From the NCBI GenBank assembly GCA_964016885.1, contig OZ024748.1, forward strand, positions 39,122,001-39,186,000: a stretch of DNA of 64,000 nucleotides. The letters are read 5' to 3'. The position numbers and the translations under genes are program-made. Positions 11,736 to 21,507 of this stretch are shown in pieces (the stretch's first letter is position 1; each line of letters begins with the position of its first letter). The stretch comes from Eledone cirrhosa. Its lineage: Eukaryota. The notes under the pieces were generated by a model. That model was not told the DNA's origin. It did no database searches and saw only the letters and a list, made by a program, of their open reading frames with translations.

Positions 11736-13115
11736 ATGGAACCTTACAGGATTAAGGTATTTTATCCAGTCAATTTAATCCCCAAGTCTGACCGTATTGC
11801 ATGTCTAAAAGCTGCCAACTACAACCCCTTTCTACTTAAATCGAAAGACATATTTATAGATTTGCTAACAGATTCTGGTACAGGAAGTCAAAGCAGTGCC
11901 CAGTGGTCGGCTATGACTAAAGCCGGCTATTCAACTATTAATTCCGAATACGTTAAAGAATTTGTACGTACAATTCAACACATTACCAATTTCAAACATG
12001 TATTTCCAGTTCATCAAGGTCGAGGAGCCGAAGATTTGTTGGCAAAACTCCTACTGAATAAAGAGAGTGTTGTACTGAGTAATTCTCTGTTTGACACAAC
12101 ACGAGCACACGTTGAGTCATCTGGTGCAATTGGAATAGATTTGGCAACAAAGTCTTCAAAATTCTTAGGTGATGCCGATGTGGAAAACTTTGAAGAAACA
12201 CTGGATAAATATGGTTCTAGAGTTCATCTTGTAATAATAACCTGCACCAATAATGTGGTAGCCGGAGCTCCTGTGAGCATGCAAAATATAGAAATCATAA
12301 CAAAATTATGTCGAAACAAGAATATCCCAGTTATAATGGACGCATGCCGTTTTGTTGAAAATGCTTATTTTATCAAGACCTTAGACGAAAAATATTCTAA
12401 ACACACAATCTTAGATATTGCCAGCGAAATGTTTTCTTATTTTGATGGTGCAACTATGTCTTTAAAGAAAGATGGTATGAGCAATGGAGGTGGGTTTATA
12501 GCTTTCAACAACGACAAATGGGCCACCAAAATATTTGACATAATCGAATATAAAAGTGGTTATTCAACTTACGGGGGAATAACTGGATCAAATCTTGTAG
12601 CATGTACTGTCGGAATTTCTGAGGCTATGAACGAAAATTACCTCCGATCAAGAATCTATCAGGCTAAATTACTGGCTGATTTCTTGGAAGATAATAATAT
12701 TCCCGTATTTAAACCAGTAGGGGCCCATGCCGTCTACGTGAAAGCAAACAAAGTCTTGCCACACCTTGATTTCTTGAAGTATCCAGCATGGTCCCTTAAT
12801 TGTGCCGTATATATCGAAGGTGGTATTCGATGTGGAGAAATTGGCAATGTAATGTTTGGTGGAAATTCAGATGGAACTAAACAAATTCATCCCTTTGAAT
12901 ATGTGCGTTTGGCTTTACCCAGAAGAACCTATACGGTCAACCATCTGCATTTTGTGGCCAAAACTTTTGGTTTTGTTGCCAAAAAAGCCCATTTAATCCA
13001 CGGAATGGAAATTGTCAAATCTTCGCATCTCCTGAGACATTTCTCAATTTGGATGAGACCATTAAATGAATACCACCTTGAAAAGAATAATAATCAGAAA
13101 AAAATAAACTGTTGA
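11736..13115 (+). CDS. tnaA: Tryptophan indole-lyase (tryptophanase)-like, copy 2: PLP site intact, catalytic Tyr motif degenerate
   Basis: 459 aa with EPYRIK, IDLLTDSGTG, HQGRGAE, FDTTRAH, TCTNN, MDACRFVENAYFIK, SLKKDG (PLP Lys codon 12468), RLALPRRTYT and LRHFS. FDTT and LRHF are TIL-type (TPL has FTTT and LRFF). An acceptor TTTTTTTTTCCAG ends at 11725, so the exon may start at 11726. Confidence 0.92.
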   Translation: MEPYRIKVFYPVNLIPKSDRIACLKAANYNPFLLKSKDIFIDLLTDSGTGSQSSAQWSAMTKAGYSTINSEYVKEFVRTIQHITNFKHVFPVHQGRGAEDLLAKLLLNKESVVLSNSLFDTTRAHVESSGAIGIDLATKSSKFLGDADVENFEETLDKYGSRVHLVIITCTNNVVAGAPVSMQNIEIITKLCRNKNIPVIMDACRFVENAYFIKTLDEKYSKHTILDIASEMFSYFDGATMSLKKDGMSNGGGFIAFNNDKWATKIFDIIEYKSGYSTYGGITGSNLVACTVGISEAMNENYLRSRIYQAKLLADFLEDNNIPVFKPVGAHAVYVKANKVLPHLDFLKYPAWSLNCAVYIEGGIRCGEIGNVMFGGNSDGTKQIHPFEYVRLALPRRTYTVNHLHFVAKTFGFVAKKAHLIHGMEIVKSSHLLRHFSIWMRPLNEYHLEKNNNQKKINC

Positions 13116-13439
13116 AGTTTGCCATAAATTACGATGTCAGTTATCTCTTGTGTACAGAAGAAGTTCATTAGAAGTATATATCACACTGGCCAAATTACCC
13201 ACACCTTGCTGCGTTTCACACTTTTTTTTTTTTTAAAGAAAATGATGAATGATTTTAAATCAGCGATATAATTTATAGAGAAAAACTCTGCATTTCAATA
13301 TTACTCAATGTAAAATGTAATGCATGAAAAATTGGAAAACATTATTTTTTGTTATATATCAAATCAAAATTACATCATTAAATCTGATTCTTATTTTGTT
13401 TCTTGTAAATAATTTTTTTCAAAATATCAATTCAAAACT

Positions 13440-13690
13440 TTTGTGAATAGGGCATCATATCTTGTCATTTACCTATGGTTTAAATTTCATATAAATCGAA
13501 AGGAAAAAATTTTCAGCAGGGATTTGTGCCTCCGGGGAACCCTTTGATTAAAATGAAATATACTTATCCAAGTAACCTGGGAAATGTAGTTTCAGAATAT
13601 ATATGGTTATGGGGATCTAGCTCCAAAACTATAGGAGGAGTTCATGAACAAACAAACAGACAGGAACTACAACTTTATATATATAGATTA
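13440..13690. mobile_element. Partial copy of the 2366-3200 Helitron-like repeat
   Basis: Shares GTGAATAGG…CATATCTTGTCATTTACCTATGGTTTAAATTTC…CCCTTTGATTAAAATGAAATATAC with the first copy, and has an ACAAACAAACAGACAG tail. Confidence 0.65.
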
Positions 13691-13819
13691 CTACCTACGT
13701 TTAAATGGGTTTTATATAAATGAATTTAAATGGCTTTTAATGGGTACATGTGTGTGCTTATATTAGTGAAGAAGTGCTTGCTTAATAACTATGACATATG
13801 ACTTCATAACACATATTAT

Positions 13820-14010
13820 TGTGGTGGATTGGCAGTATTGGGAGAGGGTCGGATGCCATGCTTTGACGTATAGAGTTACGGCCCTTGCCATTCTGAGTTC
13901 AAATCCCGCCGAGGTTAACTTTGCCTTTCATCCTTACGGGGTCGATAAAATAAAGTACCAGTAATGCACTGGATATTTGCTGACCGTGTGCCTAACTTAG
14001 AAACAATTAT
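13820..14010 (+). mobile_element. tRNA-derived SINE
   Basis: A-box-like TGGATTGGCAG and B-box GAGTTCAAATCCC, then the conserved body TTTGCCTTTCATCCTTACGGGGTCGATAAAATAAAGTACCAGT. Confidence 0.75.
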
Positions 14011-14599
14011 AAAGAGAAATTCGTATTTTCTTGCATGTTTACATGCCTACATATTAAATATATGTATAGTTCTACACACAGTCTCAGCTACACACTCTGT
14101 ATTTATACAGATATAATTTTATCATTCACTATGGCTGTTAGCATACTTCTTAATATATATATATTAAATAAGTACCAATACAAACGCTAATTAAATGCAA
14201 ATTAATTTCATTGGTACAAGAGATTTCAACACATTCTGCTTTTCAACTCGGCAAAAATACAGAGAGTTTGGCTAATATAGCAACATAGCTACACACACTT
14301 GCTAACCCTAACCCCTGCCGAAATTGAAACTAGCTGAGTTTGCTTCACAGGTTACTAAATATCACGACTATGTATTCTACAATTGCACACACAATATACT
14401 GCATGTATACTTGCACCTTTTTCTGTTTTCATTGCTGCACCTTAACAACGAAGTAAATCATTTTATAAATAAAAATATTTAAATTAGCAGTGTCTTGTTT
14501 ATTTGTTAATTCTTATCCACGTGATTTGGAAAAATCATCTTACCCAGGGTAATATCACTTCACAGTACACATCAGGAGTGGTTTATTTGACCAATACGG

Positions 14600-14815
14600 T
14601 CAAACTTCTCTGGACTCGCAGACATACTTGGCATTGCTTCACCAACATAGTAAAACCAACCAGCAGGAGTCCCAGGGGTAGACCCCAAGCAGGATGGATG
14701 GATAACATCCATGAGCTTGGCTGGTCTTGCTTGGGGATCGAGCCAGATCAGTTGGAAACGGTTGCTTCTGACAGAACCTGCTGGAAGGAGTGTCTGAGGA
14801 TTCTGCAACAGCATT
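14600..14815 (+). mobile_element. RTE-like LINE 3' fragment
   Basis: RSPRGRPQAGWMDNI…LETVASDRTCWK is the LINE ORF2 C-terminal motif; it is the reverse-complement homologue of about 8740-8910. Confidence 0.7.
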
Positions 14816-15182
14816 TGGAAGATTATACTGAAGACTTGGGCATGTGGAAGAGCTGCATGAAGCTACTTAATGATGAGCAGAAAGAGCGACATGTGCAGGT
14901 GCGTAAGCACATCCTCAAGCATTTTGAAATCAAACCAGACATTTTCCTTTTCCCCAAGCTGAAGAGGGTCATCAGAGGAACCTGAGGTAGAAGCCATGAA
15001 GAGGGCTATATTAGCAGAGCTATGGAAAATTCTGGGTGAATCCATCCAAGAGTGCAGGGAGAAGAAAGATGGGAAATTGTGTTTGACCCAAGGGGGATTA
15101 TTCTGAAAAGGAAAACTTCTAGTTCGGATTTAAAATATTTTATTTTGCAACTTCTGTCCTGTTTCTTTTCTGTCACTCCATA
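14816..15182 (+). mobile_element. Degraded mariner-like transposase fragment
   Basis: Peptides KLLNDEQKERHVQV and PDIFLFPKLKRVIRG resemble mariner transposase motifs; deleted and frameshifted. Confidence 0.55.
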
Positions 15183-15195
15183 TATATATATATAC

Positions 15196-15525
15196 ATGGC
15201 TTAGTGGTTAGAGCATTTTCCTTGCAATCGAAAGGTTTGAGTTCAATTCTCAGACCGGGTGATGTGTTGTTTCCTTGAGCAAGACACTTTATTTCACATT
15301 GCTCCAGTTTACTCAGCTGTAGAAATGAGATGATAGGGACTGGGGTCCCTATCATTCCACTGCAAAGTGGTCATGGAGGTGCCACGGCAAAAAAGCACCC
15401 AGCACTCACTGTAAATGAGGTTGGTGTTAGGAAGGGCATCCAGCTGTAGAAATCAAGCCAGAATCAGTTCCCGTCCTACCCTTGCAAGCAGGGAAAAGTG
15501 GACGTAAAATGATGATGATGATGAT
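15196..15525 (+). mobile_element. tRNA-derived SINE(s), second family
   Basis: GGCTTAGTGGTTAGAGC (A box) and GAGTTCAATTC (B box), followed by CCTTGAGCAAGACACTTTATTTCAC, GGAAGGGCATCCAGCTGTAGAAA and an (ATG)n tail. Confidence 0.7.
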
Positions 15526-16288
15526 ATATATGGATAATAGGATGAATTTGGTACAACCAATAAATTATAAAGGCAACAAATATTTTCTTGTTTTAATATT
15601 GCAGTTTATACATATCTTAAGAAGCAGTATAAGAAAAGCTTACATTTCATTTTCAAACTTAAGTAAAAAATAAAATATATATTTATTTTCAATTTTTAAA
15701 ATGCGAGCAAAAACATAAAATCGATTTCAATATTCATCACACACACATATATATACATGTATATTATTTGGAAAAAAAAAGGGGGTGGGGTAAAGTTTTA
15801 TACAAAAAAATGATGACCAGTTCGAATATTTGAGAGAAAACTCAAGTATATTCGAACTGCTCAGATATTAAAAAATTTTTTTTTATTAATATTCAATATT
15901 TAACATCTAATATTTGATAAAATTGTTTTACCAATCGAAACCAGTTATATTTAATGCAACAATTATAAAATTATTCATTCTGTCAGATTAAAGAAAAAAT
16001 AATCTTTTAATATTCCCTGGACTTTGGCAATTTCAACCCCCTACCAACAGTACTGCTGGTTCACTCTGGGTCACAGCGTTTGAGACAAGTCAGAGCGTAG
16101 AGGCCAAATAATTATTTTAAATTATTCTATGAAAAATAAAAATTAATTACACGTATCTAAATATCACAATTTATTTTGTTGGATGATCTACCAACTTTGC
16201 CATCAACCAGTCATTTCTATCAAATAATTTCCAATAATATTTGTGAATATGAAAAGGTAAAGAAAGATCTATATATGTGTGTGTATAT

Positions 16289-17317
16289 ATAACGTCTGAA
16301 TAGCTCAGGCTGTCATAACTGATAGTCCTCGGTGAAATGTGTATAACGTCTGAAGAGCTCAGGCTGTCATAACTGATAGTCCTCAGTGAAATATGTATAA
16401 CGTCTGAAGAGCTCAGGCTGTCATAACTGATAGTCCTCAGTGAAATATGTATAACGTCTGAAGAGCTCAGGCTGTCATAACTGATAGTCCTCAGTGAAAT
16501 GTGTATAACGTCTGAAGAGCTCAGGCTGTCATAACTGATTGTCCTCGGTGAAATGTGTATAACGTCTGAAGAGCTCAGGCTGTCATAACTGATAGTCCTC
16601 AGTGAAATATGTATAACGTCTGAAGAGCTCAGGCTGTCATAACTGATAGTCCTCAGTGAAATATGTATAACGCCTGAAGAGCTCAGGCTGTCATAACTGA
16701 TAGTCCTCGGTGAAATGTGTATAACGTCTGAAGAGCTCAGGCTGTCATAACTGATAGTCCTCAGTGAAATATGTATAACGTCTGAAGAGCTCAGGCTGTC
16801 ATAACTGATAGTCCTCAGTGAAATATGTATAACGTCTGAAGAGCTCAGGCTGTCATAACTGATAGTCCTCAGTGAAATGAGTATAACGTCTGAAGAGCTC
16901 AGATTGTCATAACTGATAGTCCTCGGTGAAATGTGTATAACGTCTGAAGAGCTCAGGCTGTCATAACTGATAGTCCTCAGTGTAATATGTATAACGTCTG
17001 AAGAGCTCAGGCTGTCATAACTGATAGTCCTCAGTGAAATATGTATAACGTCTGAAGAGCTCAGGCTGTCATAACTGATAGTCCTCAGTGAAATGAGTAT
17101 AACGTCTGAAGAGCTCAGGCTGTCATAACTGATAGTCCTCGGTGAAATGTGTATAACGTCTGAAGAGCTCAGGCTGTCATAACTGATAGTCCTCGGTGAA
17201 ATGTGTATAACGTCTGAAGAGCTCAGGCTGTCATAACTGATAGTCCTCAGTGAAATATGTATAACGTCTGAAGAGCTCAGGCTGTCATACCTGATAGTCC
17301 TCAGTGAAATGTGTATA
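16289..17317 (+). repeat. 54-bp x19 tandem array; each monomer is a minimal hammerhead ribozyme
   Basis: Unit ATAACGT-CTGAAGA-GCTCAGGCTGTCA TAAC TGATAGTCCTCAGT-GAAA-TATGT/TGTGT; units start at 16289+54n for n=0-18. Confidence 0.9.
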
Positions 17318-17547
17318 GCAGAGTTTTAAATAAATCTGAATCGACTGATAATGGCCTCCAACCTTTTAATAGTGTGTGTATACAAATGAGATTGTTTAGC
17401 CTTATATACCTTTCCACAATAATATATATATATATATAAGTAGAAGTGGTATTTAATTTGTTGGAAGTCCGACAAACATAGATGTTTATAACTGATTTAG
17501 AGCACTCAACAAATTACTGGAGTAAATATTCAATGATATTAAATAAA

Positions 17548-18230
17548 TGGAAACTATATTTATAAAACTATATTTATAAACTATAGTTTTATAAATATAG
17601 TTTTTTAAATATAGTTTTTTAAATATAGTTTTATAAATATAGTTTATAAATATAGTTTTATAAACTATATTTATAAAACTATATTTATAAAACTATATTT
17701 ATAAAACTATATTTATAAAACTATTTTATAAAACTATTTTATAAAACTATTTTATAAAACTATATTTATAAAACTATATTTATAAAACTATATTTATAAA
17801 ACTATATTTATAAAACTATATTTATAAAACTATTTTATAAAACTATTTTATAAAATTATATTTATAAAACTATATTTATAAAACTATATTTATAAAACTA
17901 TATTTATAAAACTATATTTATAAAACTATATTTATAAAACTATATTTATAAAACTATTTTATAAAACTATTTTATAAAACTATATTTATAAAACTATATT
18001 TATAAAACTATATTTATAAAACTATATTTATAAAACTATTTTATAAAACCATATTTATAAAACTATATTTATAAAATTATATTTATAAAACCATATTTAT
18101 AAAATTATATTTATAAAACTATTTTATAAAACTATATTTATAAAACTATATTTATAAAACTATATTTATAAAACTATATTTATAAAACCATATTTATAAA
18201 ACTATATTTATAAAACTATATTTATAAAAT
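17548..18230. repeat. AT-rich 13-14-bp minisatellite (AAAACTATATTTAT)n with a short inverted block
   Basis: Read directly; about 17582-17660 is in the opposite orientation (ATAGTTTTATAAAT). Confidence 0.9.
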
Positions 18231-18304
18231 TCCCTATCCAGTGAATTTCCCACCGATAAGGTATGCTTTTCGTGGGTATGTCTCTATTTATAAAACAAAC
18301 TTTG

Positions 18305-18369
18305 TATTTTATCTGATGAAAGCATACCAATGTTGTCTTGGTTACCCTTGAAATATATATAATAAAATA
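18305..18369 (+). ncRNA. Minimal type I hammerhead ribozyme
   Basis: TATTTTAT-CTGATGA-AAGCATACCAA…TTGGTTACCCTT-GAAA-TATAT-ATA-ATAAAATA, with an 8-bp stem I and an intact core. Confidence 0.7.
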
Positions 18370-18413
18370 AATATGGTTTTATAAATATAGTTTCCATTTA
18401 TTTAATATCATAT

Positions 18414-18504
<91 letters not shown>

Positions 18505-18606
18505 TTAGTTAAGCAAAACAAGACAACAAATTTCACAAGGAAGACATTATTAAAAGATTGTCAACATATTTTAATTTGATGTAAGGAATGTAGAGAATAA
18601 TAATAA

Positions 18607-18783
18607 TTTCTACTTTAGGCACAAAGCCAGCTATTACCCAGTACATTACTGGTACTTTATTTTATCGACCCCGTAAGGATGAAAGGCAAAGTTAACCTCG
18701 GCGGGATTTGAACTCAAACCGTAAAGGGACGTAACTATGCTAGAAAGTATGGCGTTCAACCCTCTGCCAATCCACCGCCCTTT
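18607..18783 (-). mobile_element. tRNA-derived SINE inserted in the left pLTR
   Basis: Reverse complement of the 13820-14010 family; flanked by (AAT)n and absent from the right arm. Confidence 0.8.
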
Positions 18784-18813
18784 TATATAATAATATTAAT
18801 AATAATAATGTCC

Positions 18814-18932
18814 GTTTACAATTGTTTCGCTACTCCATATAATATTTCTGGATCAAATGATTATATATCATTATTGATCTGGTTCAGTTGAAAATAATTA
18901 CTATAGGTAAAGATAGAGCAGCTCATCGGAAC
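18814..18932 (-). ncRNA. Hammerhead-like motif in the pLTR (CCGAUGA core variant, long stem II)
   Basis: Minus strand reads GTT-CCGATGA-GCTGCTCTA…TGGAGTAGC-GAAA-C-AATT-GTA-AAC; the inverted copy is at 20158-20276. Confidence 0.55.
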
Positions 18933-20562
18933 TTCAAAAGGAATATAAATTAAAATAAGGAAAGAATGTTACATAAATGTAATGTTCCATATATTGGTAT
19001 TTCACTATGGTGACCTGGGTATATCAATTGTCTGCCATAGTCGAGCAGTATTCTTCTGTCGAGGCTGCATTGTGTGAGATCTGCCTATGGGTAACAAGAT
19101 GGTCGCCAATGGACATATTTACCTTACTAATTAGAGGGTGGTTTCAGGGGAAGTAACTCCTCGAGAGATTAGAAATTGTGGGTAGTTTATAGTTAAGTGC
19201 TAATTTTTTTATTTTGAGACAATGTAAGGGAGGTAACTTATAATTATTTAAGTTAGTTATAGCTATTTAACTTATTAGCTACAAGTAAAAATGGGGCTAG
19301 ATGACTATGTTGGCGAAGGAATTAGCCCTTCGATGTTGACAGCTAATAGTTACCTTCGTTCTATCATTAATCAGTTGAGGTTGTGATAGAGTTATGTAAT
19401 ATGCTTCGGTAAGACAGAGGTCACAAGATTTTCTTCGTCCATTGAACGGTTGGGCCCTGAGTGTTAGTGAGTGTTCAATGTTGGTTAATTTAAGGTTTTT
19501 AATGAGCCTAGCTAGAGATGTCGAACATCTGTTGTTAGGGTCTCAGAAGGAAAAAGAGTGCGCGTTATAGCGTACATTAAAAGGTTTAGAGGTAGACCCA
19601 ATATAGGAGCTGGTATGCGAAGCAGTTTTAACTGTGCATCTATAGACTATGTTGGGTGTCAGGCAATGTCCATTTAGTGGGCATGCATTAGGGTAACGGC
19701 AGTTACAGTTACTTCTGCGGTTAGTGAGAGTAGGGTTGTTTAACCTAAGCGGTTGGTCAGTGCTAGAAGGATTAGATGGGGGAGGTGTGCTACTAGAGTA
19801 AGTATTGGTGTAGTGGCGTGGTGTATCCGATGGGGGGTGGTGGTACCGCGGTGTGGGAGTTATACTGTCTTAGTTTATCATGGTTACTGAATGTGATGTG
19901 GCAAGCTAAGTTAGGTGTTGTGGAGAATGAGATTTTAATGTTATTTTTATTAAAGAGTTTGTAATATCTATGGTGGGGGGGGGGTTTAGATAGGATAGAC
20001 AAGAAGCATTTAGGGATATTAGTGGCTAGATTAGATGAGAATGGGGGGTTAAGCCAGGTGATATTTCTAGGCATATTCCTTCTAGGGGTTCTAGTGGAGT
20101 TGGAACATTACATTTATGTAACATTCTTTCCTTATTTTAATTTATATTCCTTTTGAAGTTCCGATGAGCTGCTCTATCTTTACCTATGTTAATTATTTTC
20201 AACTGAACCAGATCAATAATGATATATAATCATTTGATCCAGAAATATTATATGGAGTAGAGAAACAATTGTAAACGGACATTATTATTATTAATATTAT
20301 TATTATTAGTCTCTACATTCCTTACATCAAACTAAAATATGTTGACAATCTTTTAATAATGTCTTCCTTGTGAAATGTGTGGTCTTGTTTCACTTAACTA
20401 ATGAATATTTCCAGCTCTGTGCACCTAACCTCTGCATGAACCCAGCCACCTAGCTGCTTTCTACTGCATATTGCACATTGAGCACATGCCTTTACGCTTT
20501 GGCTTCTAACTAATTCACCAATCTCTCCTTTATCTCTCTCTTTAAGATTGGTTACTCTTGAA

Positions 20563-20644
<82 letters not shown>

Positions 20645-20904
20645 TCGTTCACAGAATACATAAAAAATTTTTCTATATTTCATATTTATTAAGATTGTTA
20701 TACTAATCGAAACTGATTATAATAAATGTAACAATTATAAAATTATTCCTTCCGTCGGATTAAAGAAAAAAGTATTCGGCGGCGTCGTCGTCGTCATCGT
20801 CATCTATATATATATAATAGAAAAAATGAGGAAGTTTCATTTACATATGAAAATATATATAAATAGGGATAGAGAGAGGTATGTAGATAGATAGAGAAAC
20901 ACAT

Positions 20905-20944
<40 letters not shown>

Positions 20945-21351
20945 CTAAGACAAAATACAGGTCTGTACCAGCAAGACATGGTCTCCTGACCCAAGTTATC
21001 TCATAACGCAACAAGCCATCTAACATCCAACACATGCATGTGTGGAAAATGGACCTTAAATGATGATGATTGTAATGATGACGCACACAGACACACAATT
21101 TAACATCTGTCTTATGAAAACATGTTAAAGGGTTAGTATGCAATCATTTTGATGTCTTTGAAATGCACAAAACAGGATTATATAATTTTGTTATTAAAAT
21201 AATATATGTTATTTCTCTGAGGAACTGGAATCATATGATTCCGGTTCTTCTAAGAGAAATAACAACCCAACCAGGAGGTGGGCATATCGGAGTATTGACA
21301 GAGTTAAACACCTCAACAACATGTGTACCCGTCTCTACCACACCAATTCGG

Positions 21352-21409
21352 ACTGCCTGAAGAGGAGGTCACAGCCAAAGATGGCTGTCACCGAAATATA
21401 TATAGCAGT
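21352..21409 (+). ncRNA. Minimal type I hammerhead ribozyme (same family as 1501-1556)
   Basis: ACTGC-CTGAAGA-GGAGGTCACAGCCA AAGA TGGCTGTCACC-GAAA-TATAT-ATA-GCAGT; there is an extra GGA at the base of stem II. Confidence 0.7.
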
Positions 21410-21459
21410 ACACCGTTAATAAACGAAGCCAAATTTTAAATATTTGACTAATTTATTTT

Positions 21460-21507
<48 letters not shown>

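Larger units (their letters stand above)
18498..20408 (-). mobile_element. Penelope-like retroelement (3' part, GIY-YIG endonuclease) with inverted pLTRs
   Basis: Minus-strand peptides RNITWLNPPFS…KLFNKNNIKISFSTTPNL (19793-20074), CNCRYPNACPLNGHCLTPNIVYRCTV…SYIGSTSKPFNVRYNAH (about 19555-19715) and SCDLCLTEAYYI. Arms 18498-18989 and 20101-20408 are reverse complements; the left arm is interrupted by a SINE. Confidence 0.85.

Noticed and set aside
11736-13115. Assignment as tyrosine phenol-lyase, or as bacterial contamination
   Set aside because: FDTT and LRHF are TIL-type residues, and the flanks are animal repeats with splice signals rather than an operon.
14503-14985. 160-aa ORF as a host gene
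   Set aside because: It is a chance read-through of adjacent LINE and mariner fragments.
15196-15260. tRNA gene
   Set aside because: A and B boxes are present, but there is no complete cloverleaf and the sequence continues into a SINE body.
16289-17317. CRISPR array interpretation of the 54-bp or 48-bp repeats
   Set aside because: There are no unique spacers and no cas genes, and the context is eukaryotic.
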